Of a DNA stretch of 64,000 nucleotides, positions 12,900-26,522 are shown one piece after another. Source of the DNA: Octopus bimaculoides. Lineage: Eukaryota. The notes under the pieces are model-generated. The model searched no databases. It worked only from the letters and a program-made list of their open reading frames with translations, and was not told the origin of the DNA. Positions within the stretch are counted from its first letter, which is position 1; each line of letters begins with the position of its first letter. The position numbers were made by a program, and so were the translations under genes. Location of the stretch: assembly GCF_001194135.2 (NCBI RefSeq), contig NC_068990.1, positions 66,761,956 to 66,825,955 on the forward strand, read 5' to 3'.

Positions 12900-13418
12900 A
12901 TTTGAAAGAGGAAAAGAATGACTTCACTGGTAGTTCTAATCAATTCAATTTTCTAATAGTTACAGTTCGGTTTATAGATTTAAGTTCTTGGTTAACTTCG
13001 GTGGGGAGATTTTTTAAAGATTCCTTGTGAACTTTTCAGGAGAACTCTCTCGCATTCGTCGGTGGTGATCATCATCCTGAGCTCAGATTGTGTTGTGCTG
13101 TATAATTCTATATATAAGAAATCCGAGTGTGTCTGGGGTGGGATTGTGGTTTGTTAATAAATATGGGAGTGGAGGAGTGTTGATGAACAAGAGCTGAAAT
13201 GAAATAGTGAATGGTAAAAACAAGATAATTGATCGAGAGTGGAGTTGGGAGGTGGTGAAGTGTTTTATGAAGGGATTGTGAAAGTGCCTTCCTGCTGGTT
13301 CCATTTGAATAGTTGACCTTTGGCGAAAAATATGATGGTCAGATGTTTGTCAAATTCTCTTATGGCTGAATCAACTATCTTAATTTCATAAAGAGAAGCT
13401 CCAGTAATTTTCTATGTT
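12900..13418 (-). repeat. Left arm of a ~500-bp inverted repeat (partner 15354-15838)
   Basis: The reverse complement matches 15354-15838 in long blocks, e.g. AACATAGAAAATTACTG, CTTCTCTTTATGAAATTAAGATAGTTGATTCAGCCATAAG, CACCGACGAATGCGAGA.AGTTCTCCTGAAAAGTTC.CAAGGAATCTTTA, CTACCAGTGAA. Confidence 0.9.
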
Positions 13419-13616
13419 AAATATGAGTTTAGGTGTGTGTTTTGGTGGGGGTAGTTAACGAGATGTAAGATACATGACTTCTGATAAAAAGGGGATAGTA
13501 GCAGAGAGAGAAAAATATAAGGTTAGTTCTGGAATGTTTGTTCATAGAGATGTAATTGTTATAATTGTTTGAAAGGGAAGGTGGGGGAGATCATGCTAGC
13601 CCACATATTTACTTCC

Positions 13617-14180
13617 CTACATATAAATAATCAAAAAGTATACATACATATATGCACACATACATATACATATATACATACATATACATATATATATATA
13701 CATATATATCTGTATGTATACATATATGTGTATGTATATATGTATGTATATATGCATATATGTATATATATGTGTGTATGTATGCATATGTGTGTATATA
13801 TGTATGTATATATGTGTGTATCTATATGAATGCATATATGTGTGTATATATATATATATATATAGATATATATATATATATATATACATATATATATACA
13901 CGCACATATACATATATATATACAGATATACACATACATATATACACACACATATGCATACATACACACATATACCCATATATACATGCATATATACTTA
14001 CACATGTATACTTATATATATATATATATATATACGTATATATCTACACACATACACACACATTTTTTTCTAGTTCATACGAACCCATATATTTGCACAT
14101 GTATCCACACCTGTATATTTATATATACCTACATATATATACATACGTACACACACACACATATGTATACGTATCTACAT
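13617..14180. repeat. Degenerate (TA)/(CA)/(TG) low-complexity tract
   Basis: Read directly; it is the source of several YI/HT-rich ORFs. Confidence 0.95.
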
Positions 14181-14399
14181 TACCCAAGTATTTAAGTTCA
14201 CAGGTACATCGGAGAGAGGGAGATTACTGAAATGGTAGTGTACCTTCGATGGTTGTTCTTCTCTTCAACGCTCGAATGATTGAAAGTATGATCATCCACT
14301 TCTATTTGGATATATGCATCTTTGCTTTTTTAAAAAAAAAAAAAAAAAGCAAAATACGAATCCCGTTATTGTGGAGTAGATTATCATTTTTTTTTTTTA

Positions 14400-15326
14400 A
14401 ATTCTAGTACTGGTTTGTACTTTCTAATGAAGAATTCTTCTTTATATTTCCGGAAATATTCGTTGTCCGACCATAACTTAAAGAAGGGGAAAATTATGAA
14501 TTTTCACTTTCCCCATGATGCGAAGTTTTCACTGTAAGTGGTGTCTCTGACAGAGGGATCTCTAATTTGTTGTTTATATACACGAACTCTGTCATGTAGT
14601 TCCGTTCCGGTTTCCCAAATGTCGTATTCTTGACATTGTGGGCGAGTTGCACTTGTTTTGCAATTCATGTTTGCATTAAATTTGAAAATCTCATTGTTTT
14701 TAAAGGAGATTTGTTAACCCCTCTTCAATGTATCCGCAAATTCTGCATCGAGGGTCCCTGCATTTCTTAACTTACATCGTTTCAATGTTAGGCGTAAATT
14801 TCGCTTTGGTGAGCAACTTCTTTTTTTGGCTGGGTGCATGGTGTCTGCTGTATATTATTTTTGAGTCGTTTATGAATGCACTCATTTTGGGGGATTGCTC
14901 GAGAATTCGGAGATATTGTTTGGCGGCTTTCACAATGTTGAGATTCCTTGGGTTCCTTTTTATTTTGTTGGTTTGTTTTTCTCAGTGTTGTCACTGGAAT
15001 GTTCTGGGTCTTGGAGATGGTCGTATTGATGAGGTTCACGGAAAATTCTTGTCTTTTAAGGAACCATTAAAGTTCATATAATCTGCTTTCCTGTAGTATG
15101 TTACTATGGTGCAGATGCATCTTGCCATGTTAAAGGGACTGTCTCGTTTAGTATGTGAGGGGTGTGCTGATCGGAAATTTAAATATTGGTGTGTGTCTGA
15201 TAGTTTATGAAATAGGTCTCTCACGATATTTTCCCCTTCTTTAATGATAAGGATATCCAGAAACGGTAGTTCCTTTCTATCACATTTCATGTTAAACTGC
15301 ATTGCTTCCTGTTTATGATGGAATGG
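14400..15326 (-). mobile_element. 5'-truncated Penelope-like element: RT thumb plus GIY-YIG endonuclease (pseudogene)
   Basis: QFNMKCDRKELPFLDILIIKEGENIVRDLFHKLSDTHQYLNFRSAHPSHTKRDSPFNMARCICTIV (RT C-terminus). Then minus 14740-14400 reads IFKFNANMNCKT..CQEYDIWETGTELHDRVRVYKQQIRDPSVRDTTYSENF..PFFKL, a decayed YIGET..L..R GIY-YIG domain. Confidence 0.85.
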
Positions 15327-15353
15327 AAAATTACTGAACATAGAAAATTACTG

Positions 15354-15838
15354 AACATAGAAAATTACTGAAACTTCTCTTTATGAAATTAAGATAGTTG
15401 ATTCAGCCATAAGGGAATCTGAAAAACATTTTTCACAAGCCCTTCATAAAACACTCCTTAAACACCCCACCACCTTCCAATTCAGTTCAACCCTGAAACA
15501 GTTACCTTGTTTTTACCATTCACTATTTTCTTTCACATCTTGTTCATCGAAACCATTCACTCCCACACTTATTAACAAACTCCAACCTCACCCCAGACAC
15601 ACCCAAATCTCTTATATATAGAATCACACAGCACAACACAACATGAGATCAGTTTGACAATCTCCACCGACGAATGCGAGAAAGTTCTCCTGAAAAGTTC
15701 GCAAGGAATCTTTACAGAATCTCCTCACCAAATTTAACCAAGAACTTACTACATATAAAATCTAAACTGTAAATTTATATTGTTAGAAAATTAAATTTAT
15801 TAGAGCTACCAGTGAAACCATTCTTTTGTTTTTCAAAT
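15354..15838 (+). repeat. Right arm of the inverted repeat (runs into gap 15839-16204)
   Basis: Matches 12900-13418 in reverse and lacks about 60 bp present in the left arm. Confidence 0.9.
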
Positions 15839-16243
15839 NNNNNNNNNNNNNNNNNNNNNNNNNNNNNNNNNNNNNNNNNNNNNNNNNNNNNNNNNNNNNN
15901 NNNNNNNNNNNNNNNNNNNNNNNNNNNNNNNNNNNNNNNNNNNNNNNNNNNNNNNNNNNNNNNNNNNNNNNNNNNNNNNNNNNNNNNNNNNNNNNNNNNN
16001 NNNNNNNNNNNNNNNNNNNNNNNNNNNNNNNNNNNNNNNNNNNNNNNNNNNNNNNNNNNNNNNNNNNNNNNNNNNNNNNNNNNNNNNNNNNNNNNNNNNN
16101 NNNNNNNNNNNNNNNNNNNNNNNNNNNNNNNNNNNNNNNNNNNNNNNNNNNNNNNNNNNNNNNNNNNNNNNNNNNNNNNNNNNNNNNNNNNNNNNNNNNN
16201 NNNNTATAGGCTTGTGAGTGAATTTGTGGTAGCCCCTCTCCTT

Positions 16244-16346
16244 TAACCTCTTTTTCACTCTTACCACACTATCCCTCACTGACGTACCTCTTTCTCTCTC
16301 TCTCCCTACACCCTCTTTCCTCTCTCTCTCTCTCTCTCTCTCTCCC

Positions 16347-16407
<61 letters not shown>

Positions 16408-16599
16408 CTATACATGTGTTTGTGTGTGTGTTTGTGTCTGTATAAAAGGAATCTATCAATGTCTTTCTTTCTCTGTGTTACACAAAGAGAGAGAGAGAAA
16501 GAGAGAGAAGAGGTGAAAAGTATTTGAGATAGAGAAGTCTCTATAACAATATGACTGTAAATGTGTATACACGTATTTATTCAGAAATATACACATACA
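16244..16599 (+). repeat. Local direct duplication, copy 1 (copy 2 at 17949-18339)
   Basis: Shared non-microsatellite blocks CACTCTTACCACACT.TCCCTCACTGACGTACCTC, TATAAAAGGAATCTATCAATGTCTTTCTTTC and ATGTGTATACAC.TATTTATTCAGAAATATACACATACA. Confidence 0.85.
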
Positions 16600-17244
16600 C
16601 TTAATGACAGCGGATGATGATACTCGCAAAAATTTTGAAGTTGCAGGAAGTGCATATATGCATAATTGACTCGCTGTCGAGTCATGCGTGTGAAAGAAGT
16701 TGCGTGTACGTGTGTCAGCTTGTGGCTACATACATTAATGTATATATACGTATATGCACATATCCTTTACTTGTTTCAATAGACTGCGACCACGCTGATT
16801 CATTGCCTTCAGGAATTTTAGTCGAACTTATCGACCCGAGTAAGTCAAGTAAAGAATGACCATGGGATTGCACCTACAAAGTTCTCCTCACAGGCACAAG
16901 TCCAGACAAGGTTGTTTACAGAAGACCAGCAGTCGACCATTCATACCAGCTTCCCCTCTCCATGCTACCGATATGATCCAAGGGAAAGGCAAAGGCCGAT
17001 ACAGCTTGACACCAGTGACGTCGTAACTCATTTCTACAGCTGAGTGAACTGGAGTAACGTAAAATAAAGTGTCTTGCTCAAGAACACAGCATACACACAA
17101 CCCGGTCTGGGAATCAAACTTACTACTTCATGATTGTGGGCCCGACGCTCTAGCCTGGTACTTAATCTGTAGGTCTCTTGCCGAACCACTAAGTTACGGG
17201 GACCTAAACACACCAACACCGGTCGTCAAGCGACGGGGGGCGAG

Positions 17245-17275
<31 letters not shown>

Positions 17276-18033
17276 TTATAAACGACGGCTTTCTTTCAGT
17301 TTCCGACTACCAAACCCACTCTCGAGGCTTTGGTCGGCCCGAGACTAAAGGACAAGACACTCAGTCAAGGTGCTACACAATAGGACTGAACCCAGAACCA
17401 TGTGGTTGTAAAGCAAAACATCTTACCACGCAGTCAAGCTTGCGCCTATGAGGAAATTTTGATATGATACTGATACGAATACATTTTAAGAAAAAAAGAT
17501 GCTGGGTTCTTTACTATCATTCCACTCCCGTCTCCGTTCAACTGCAAAAGTTTCATTTCCATCATACTGTCGAAAAAACATAAACATATAAGCACGGGGT
17601 ATGTAGGTTAGAACAGCATAACGGCTCATATAATACGCTGCGACATGTTCGAAACAAACTCTTTTGAATTCAAATTTAGCTCCGATCAACATTGTCTTTC
17701 ATCACTTTGTAATCGATAATGTAAGTGCTAATAATACACCGGGTTCTATTCAATTGACTGTATAACCTACCAATAGGAAGAATTGACCTTGTGACTGCTG
17801 TAAAGAAATTCAATACATACGTATATACATATACGTGTGTGTGTATGTGCGTATGTAGGTTCGTGAATGTGAATTTCCGCTTTGTACGTAACACTAATGA
17901 ATACATAGGTATATAAAGTTGGAAAATTATACAAATTTTTCTCTCTTGTAACCTCTTTCTCACTCTTACCACACTCTCCCTCACTGACGTACCTCTCTCT
18001 CTCCCTAACTTCTCTTTCCTACCCCCTCTCTCA

Positions 18034-18133
<100 letters not shown>

Positions 18134-18199
18134 GTGTATCTATACATGTATGTGTGCATATAAAAGGAATCTATCAATGTCTTTCTTTCGATGTGTTAC

Positions 18200-18248
<49 letters not shown>

Positions 18249-18380
18249 AGAGGGGAAAAGTATTAGAGATAGAAATGTCTCTATAACGATATGACTGTAC
18301 ATGTGTATACACATATTTATTCAGAAATATACACATACAGTTTATGTGAGTATGCACGCATGTCTGCACGGGTGTGTGTT

Positions 18381-18415
<35 letters not shown>

Positions 18416-18454
18416 TTACAAACACGCACACTTATCAGAATATATCTGTATATA

Positions 18455-18500
<46 letters not shown>

Positions 18501-20933
18501 ATTATATTTAGATGAGAAATTTTACATCAATAGATCTACAAAAATTTCACTTTGTACTGAAATAATTTTGAGGTTTAGCAATGAACCATATATGGCGTTG
18601 TATGCAGCTTCACCCGTTTGTAGTCAAGTCTATACAACTTCAAAATTATATGCATACCTATATACATCATGCATTCATATACATGTATGTTTACACACAC
18701 ACTCATATGTATGCATGCATGTATGTATGTATGTATGTATGTATATATGTATGTATGTATGTATGTGTGAATATAAGTTCGCGTGTGCGTCTTTGTGATC
18801 AAGTTGGTATGTCACTGCTTAACTGCACGTGTTTCTATATAGCCTTTACTGAATGGTTCGGCAGGAGGAAAGTGATGCGGTCGATTTGATCGTCTACACC
18901 CAGCAAGAGTCTTCCCAAACATGTTTACAAAGTATATATGTATGTATGTATGCATGTATGTATGTATGTATGTATGTATGAATGTATGTATGTAAGTCAC
19001 CATGAGAAATACACGTCAGCCTATTCTATCGTAATATAAAGTATTACAAAAGCCTTAGAGTGACTTTATTAAATTAGAAGAGGTACACCAAGGGGAGACG
19101 AAAGATGCTAAATCGGCTTTTCATAGATCTTTTTGTATTCTAGTAAAATTATTCAAAAATATCTTATTACATTCAAATGAATTCGAAATACGCTATTATA
19201 TACTTCAACGTACATTATTACATACAGGTTTTGTTCCTCATACATACATACATACATGTACGCATGCATACATACATACATGCATGCATATTTTCCTAAC
19301 ACAAGTCAGAAGAGAAAAAATATGCTCTGTTGTGAAAATCAACTGCCCTTTGAACTCCAGTATGGTCAGAAAAATAGAGAAGAAAGATAACATCTATGAG
19401 TCATTGATAAGGAGTTTGCATTTCCAGTACCCAAGACATACTTTCAGTTTTATTATTATTATTATTATTGGACCAACAGAACACGTACCAATCTGCCTGG
19501 AGCAAAATATGATTGAACTTAGGTTGCCAAATACGAATGCAACAACTTAATTCATACACTACAAGTGATCACAATATCTGGGTCAATAAACATGTACAAG
19601 ACCTTTTTAAAATGTAAAGTGTGATGAACTAAACCACATGCTTTCCATCATGACTTTGCTACCAAGTAGCCAAGTAGGTGGCCGGCAGAGTTTAATTCGA
19701 AATTACGAGAAAAAGAAAACATACTTGCACACACACGCACACGTGCGCGCGCGTGCGTACACACACACAAATGTATCGATGTGCTCGTGTGCATGTGTGT
19801 GTGTATGTATGTATGTTCATATACGTTTATTGTCACAAAACTGAAAGCTTAAAAGCAAAACAACGTATTTTGAACGATTTTTCGCGAGAATCTGAAAATC
19901 GGGCTTCAAAATATTTATCTTCTTTTAAAAGGAATATATTCGAGAAGCTTGCTATATCATGCATTTTCATAATGCTATGATAGAATAACAAATTTAGAAA
20001 AAAAGACAGGTGTTTAAAACAGAGAAACGTAGCTTTTATACTCCTTTTATTATGCTACGGCAGTATAACTATTTTATGGAAAATAAGAGAAAAAGAGGTC
20101 TTAAAAGCATTCATTTATAGCTTAGTTTTAAAGCGCAGCTTATTTCAAAACCAGATTTACGGTTCTTTTTCTTTCTTTTTTATGTTACATCAAACTACTA
20201 AAAGGCAACCAAAATATGGGGAGAATATTTATTGACAAAAAATATTAACAAAAGGGCATTGTAAGGATCGGACGCCGAAGATATAAGCGCAAAGTTAAAT
20301 AGTTAATTTATCGAATAGTTTGTTCTTTAAATCCTCTCCTTATTAAATATTCTCTTTCTTTTTCCTCTCAATAAAAATATAAAAATACGAAACGACTGAT
20401 TTTTGATCCTCTCCTGCTCTTATCTCCCTTCGCCTTCACTCTTTAGCTTCAATATAGTGACATAACATTCAGTCTTCCAGGCATTTGATTTGTTTGTGTT
20501 GGTATTTAATAAAAAAAGAAAAGTTTTAACAGAGAAGGAATTTAAACAACGGAATAATTCCATAAATAAACTATTGCAGTTTGTCGTGTATGTCTTCCAT
20601 ACAACGATCCTACAATTCACTTTCATCACTATCATCATCATCGTCACCGTCGTCGTCGTTGTCGTCAACATCATCATCATCATCATCGGCGAGCGAATAT
20701 CGGCAAAGTTTATCTCGGCGGAATTTAAACTCAGAGCATAAAGACAGACAAAATGCCGCTAAGTATTTTGCTCGATTTGCTAACAATTCTGCCATCATGC
20801 CGCCTTGGAAAAAATATGAAACGCTTCATGCGAATCATTCTTGTGCAAGGACCATGCTATTCATCTCTGTATCGTTCCACTTTTAGAATATGTACTGCCG
20901 AAACTAGTTTAGATTATTATTAATATTACTATA

Positions 20934-21323
20934 GTGGAGGCGCAATGGCCCAGTGGTTAGGGCAGCGGACTCGCGGTCATAGGATCGCGGTTTCGATTCC
21001 TAGATCGGGCGTTGTGAGTGTTTATTGAGCGAAAACACCTAAAGTTTCACGAGGCTCCGGCAGGCGATGGTGACGAACCATGCTGTACTCTTTCACTACA
21101 ACTTTCTCTCACTCTCACTCTTACTTCCTGTTTCTGTTGTGCTTGTAATTCAAAGGGTCAGCCTTGTCACTCTGTGTCACACTGAATATCCCCGAGAACT
21201 ACGTTAAGGGTACACGTATTTGTGGAGTGCTCAGCCACTTGCACGTTAATTTCACAAGCAGGCTGTTCCGTCGATTAGATCAACTGGAACCGTCGACGTC
21301 GTAAGCGACGGAGTGCCAACAAC
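20934..21323 (+). mobile_element. tRNA-headed SINE, family 4, complete with a 12-bp target-site duplication
   Basis: Head GGAGGCGCAATGGCCCAGTGGTTAGG (A-box) and GGTTTCGATTCC (B-box), 3' (AAC)n tail, flanked by AATATTACTATA at 20922-20933 and 21324-21335. Confidence 0.9.
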
Positions 21324-22194
21324 AATATTACTATAATTTGTTCTTGCTGAGACCGGGACCCATGTGAGTGTTTGTGTATGTAGTTGTCTATAATTAACAA
21401 GCGTGTAATTGTTAATATGTTCGTGTGCATGTGTGTGTGAGACTGTTTTCGTGCGCGCGCGCGCGTGTGGAGAGGTGGAGTTGAGGAGAGTTTTATACGG
21501 TAGATGTAATCTTCCGCAATAATCTAACTAGAAATGACTTGACCATGAATGTATAAAAAGAACATCATCTCTTATTAGGATTTGAAACTAGAAGCAATAA
21601 CTGTTAAACATGTGTTTCACTATCTATCGTTATTGATGTTATTATTGTTATTTCGTCAAATAATAGATCTAGTGGAGCAAAACTGTGGTTCCATTCGTGA
21701 CCATCTTGTCCTAACTTTAGACACATTTTACTCATAGATATATCATACAATGTATACTTCATTAAGTGAGTCGTTTGAGGAAGATTTAACGACTATTTCT
21801 AGCAAGGAATTGTAGATGCTTGTGCATGTTTATATATTGTGCCGTATTTTAAATGACAGGTTTGCTAGTTTCATACAACTGTATTATATACATTGCAAAC
21901 AGATGCTGGGACAGAGGTACTAACTTTAGCATTCTATAAAATAATTAAATTTATATATAATATAAAAGTAGTATATAATTTCTCATGTACACAACTAACC
22001 AACACAGATTGTAAATTAACTACATTACACATCGAAAGATACATGTATGAATGTAAGTATATATTAAAGTATATTTATAAGTAAACATATATATTTATAT
22101 TCATATATGTGTGTATAAATGCATACAGACATATTCAAACATATAATATACTCATATATATACATGTATATATGTATATGTATGTATGTATATG

Positions 22195-22289
<95 letters not shown>

Positions 22290-22757
22290 GTGTGTGTGTA
22301 TGTGTGTGTGTGTGTATGTGTGTGTGTGTGTGTGAAACGGATAGAAGTAGAGACATCAAAAGACCGCTCTTATACAATAGAACAGAGTGATGAATTATTA
22401 TTAATACAGAGAAAATTATTAAAATTTCGCACATACACCTATATATTTATAGCTATGGTTGTCTCACTTTCTCGCTCTCACACTCTCACAAACCTCTCTC
22501 CCTCCCCTCTCTCCCCCCTCTCTCTCTATATATATATGTATATACATATATTTTACCATTAATTTATATAACCAATAAGAAAATTTTCTTATTGCTATAT
22601 GAATTAATGGTAAAATAGTTTTTTTACCCGTACGCATTTATTGCACTTGGTAATGCAATGAAAAAACACTAGTGTAATAATAATTGGGTATTCTTCCAGC
22701 AGTGTATTGAATAGATATTATCCCTTAGTGGGTTGGATTAACAAGCCCTAACTTTCT

Positions 22758-22829
<72 letters not shown>

Positions 22830-25131
22830 TATGTAACATATATATGTGCGTAGTGTGTCACTGTGTTTACGTCTAAGCCCTTCGATCGCTTGATAACTGG
22901 TGTCGGTTTTGTTTACGTCCCAGTAACTTAGTTGTTCTACAAAATAGACCGATAGAATTAGTACCAGACTTGAAAACTTTACGTACTGGAGATGATTTAT
23001 TTGATTAAAACATTCAAGTCAGTGCCCCAGCATGGCCACCGTCCAATGGCTGAAACAAGTAAAAGATAAAAGATAAATCGGATTTAATCACCGTAACGCA
23101 GTTTTCAACGAAATCACATACTTGGAATTAATGTGTAATTTCTGCTGTAGATGGTGACGTCGAATGAATTTTTGTTATCGCATTCGTTTCTTTCAATCAT
23201 TTGTAAAGAAATTTATTTGTATTTGATAATATATTTTTTCATTAATTTAAATAAAATTTACTGATGAAATAGCTGCAGAAAATTAGAATATAATTCTATT
23301 TTCCGAACAGTTTTTTTTTTCTCTATTATTTCTTCAAAGTTAACAATCTTAACACATCAATAAGAAATAAACAAACAGCTTAGAATTAAAGATAAATGAT
23401 AGATATGTAAATATATAATAAATAAGCAAACATATAAAGAGGTAAAATAAGTACAAAAATAAGTAAATAAATATCAAAGTAAAGAAACACGAAGATACTT
23501 AAGAATTGTTGAAAGAAAATAAGGAAATATATTTTGAAGATAAATTTAAATGTAAATAAATGCGAAGTACAGCGTAAAATAGGTAAAACCGCCAAGAAAA
23601 TGATTGTCAGCAGAAATAAGGTTAGACAATGTGACATTGTTTTAAAAGGGAAAAGACTGTTTGTAGCTTCATAATCAATATTTCAAGGAGATTTTAAATA
23701 TATGAAACAAATTATTCGCTGAGAATACATTTTATTTGAGTTGATTTTCTTTTGTTCGTTCTTTCATTCTATCATGAGATCACTCTTTTACTTTCGTGCG
23801 CACCATATGTGTTTGTGTGTAACTATGTAAATCTATTTTCTGTATTAATACTTTATGTTTTGCTTGTATGTGTATATATATTTGTGTGTTTACGTTAGTT
23901 GTCGTGTCTTTTGTACACTGTTCTATTTTTGTTGTTGTTTAATTGAAGACAATAACTATTGTTCCTAATCTATGTGTATATGTGCGTGAGCAGCTGTGTA
24001 AGTATGCGTGTAGTATAAAATAATAAAATGTGCGTGTATGCGTGGTATAAAATACCTGTGTTGGTGTAATGTATGTAGCATAAAATGTATGTGCTTGTGT
24101 GTTTTACTTCTCTCAGTCACAATTTCGTCTTGATGTCACTTAAGACCAAGGACAACCCTGACTGAAAAGACCTACAGTAAAAGGTTTTTCAGTTCTGGTC
24201 ATCCACCATTTTAGACCCCAACCAGATGCCACTGTTGCGGTACTGTCTATGACAGACCAAAACGGGTGAGTGATGTCGGATTAAAAGTATATATTCAAAT
24301 TTGAAAACGGGCTCGAAATTGTTTGTTGTTCCCCCCCCCCAAAAAAAAAACCCGGTAATATTCACTATAAAATACCTTTAATTTGATTTAAACTTAGTGG
24401 TGACAGTAAAGACAGGTTTTATTGGCATAAATCTTCCAAGAATTGCAATAGTTTCTCAGAACTTGTTGACGCTACCAAGAGAAATAGATATTCAAATTAC
24501 TAGCTTAGAACAAGAGATCTTTGTAGGAGCAGTTGATACATTTGCGAGAGATGAATTCTTAAGATATTTGTGAATACCGACACAAACAATTATTCTTGGA
24601 TGTTATTACTATTATTAACGATGCAAGCTCTCAGCAGTTTCTTGAAATCAGCATTCTCTACTCTAGAAGTGTGGAGTTGACATCTCTATGGAATTCACAT
24701 CCGTTCACATTACCACATCACTATAAGCGACAAATGATTCTATTATTCCTCTATATGTATTATAAGGCAGGGGAAACAATTGCATCGTTGCATGAATATA
24801 TCAATCAAAATGTGTGAACTGCCAAACTCGACTGACTTCAGATGATCCCGACAGTTTATGGCTTATGATCCAATGCCTAAATAACATCAACTATACCAGT
24901 GTGATCTAATGCTTAGGGTCGTTGTTTGGATACCTAGACCCGACGATGCGTTCTATCATTGAGCAAAAACACTTCATTTCACTTTGCTCCAGTGTAATCA
25001 GCCGGCAACAATGAGTAACACTGCAACGGAGTAGTGTCCTGTTCATGAGGAATGTTGTAGAGTCAGTTACTTATAAACCAGCCTTATGAATTTTGGGACT
25101 CGAGATAGTAATGTCTAAGTTTTGATGATGG

Positions 25132-25174
<43 letters not shown>

Positions 25175-26418
25175 AAGGCGGAGGAAGAGGACGACGACTA
25201 TGACAATGAGGCATCACCTAAAACTATAACCATTGCCAATAGCAACAATATGTAACATCCTGCAAGAATTAGCAATATTTATCTAACAACGCATATAAAA
25301 CTAAGAAATGAAATAATATTTGCAATATATAGCAAGCAGACACTTTGTTTATTTTTCATTCTCTGTTCGAGTTCTGAAAAATAATTATCGATATTTATTT
25401 ACTTACAGCTGTTCTGCTACACGCAATTGGTCACTTATTTAAGTGGAATGCATAGTCGAGAAACCCAACCCTAGTGCCAGATATTACACTAGCTCATATT
25501 TTACCTTGCTGGGAAGGATGAAAGCGCAAGTTAACATTAGCAAGATTTAGACTAAAGGAAATAACTAAGTGTTCCCTATGGAATTATGTTCACTACTTTG
25601 TCTATTAAAAGCAGTAGTTTTATTTAATCTCTAAAACTGTCAGTAGTCCCTTATATATACTGGGGTAGGTTAAAAACTCTCTAGATACTGCGAGATACCG
25701 ACTTCTTTTGTTACAGTCACCTTTTGCAAACTATATATCCGAATTCTCTGTGAATATCTTAGTTCGTGGTTAAACTGCGAAGTCTTCAACATTCTGAAAA
25801 GAGTAGTCTGTTAGCTCTGTAGAAACTTACAGTGTGGATTTGGCTAATAGTCTATCACAGACGTTCTCAGTTGGGGTACTGTGTCACTCTGGGATATCTA
25901 GAATATTAAATACTTTTTCTGTTCTCTATACACAGAAAACACGTATAAGATTAGAAGGAAAAACGAACGTTATAAACTAATTAATCTTTTTCTTTATATT
26001 AAATATTTACTGATCAAATGAATTGAAAGAGTAAAAGTTATCACCTTTGAACTATGATTTCTATGAAATTCTGTTAACATTTTGAAACAATCAATTTAAT
26101 GAATATTTTCTTGGTGTTTTTGTTGTTTGCATTTCATTTTGAAGTTCACTCAAAATGAATAAGTTTGTAAAGGGCGATTCGTAGCTGACGGCAGAACGCA
26201 CAGTCAAAGTGAAGTAATAGTTAACCTATAAAGACTAGTAAATAAATATTATAACTTAGTGGAGAAGAATAATTAGGAGTGTGTCAACGAGAACTGGCAG
26301 TCTCAAGAACTCGAAAACTACACGTACGGCCTGAGAGAGTAGACAGTATTTTGAATCATATATCAGTCGATTTTCCTTTGTATGGACAAAAAAAAATACC
26401 GCGAAAAGGAAGCTAGAA

Positions 26419-26522
26419 ATGGTGAACCGGCACCCTGACGCCGCTTGCTCTTTTTTGCATGCCATCGACGACGACGGCGATACCTATTCATTCTGCCGGT
26501 TGTCATATGCTTCTCTCAAAAC
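26419..26522 (+). CDS. Candidate upstream coding exon of the gene containing 57750-59937
   Basis: ATG-initiated MVNRHPDAACSFLHAIDDDGDTYSFCRLSYASLK(T) ends in a strong donor AC|GTAAGC (phase 2). It sits in a CpG-rich, non-repeat stretch, and the phase matches the acceptor at 57750. No homology evidence. Confidence 0.35.

Noticed and set aside
13617-14230. YI/HT/CV-rich ORFs here and throughout the window
   Set aside because: Translations of (TA)n/(CA)n/(GT)n microsatellites.
14200-14330. Possible hammerhead at the 3' end of the minus-strand PLE (TTGAAGAG...TCGAAG)
   Set aside because: No GAAA core and no pairing stems.
19041-19227. Protein-like open frame SDFIKLEEVHQGETKDAKSAFHRS...
   Set aside because: Weak polypyrimidine tract, weak donor, no recognisable homology; compatible with chance.
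20936-21010. tRNA-like sequence with A and B boxes
   Set aside because: It is the head of a SINE with a body, tail and TSD, not a standalone tRNA; the same applies to the other SINE heads.
24380-24570. Open frame GFIGINLPRIAIVSQNLLTLPREIDIQITSLEQEIF...
   Set aside because: No convincing splice sites or family motif.
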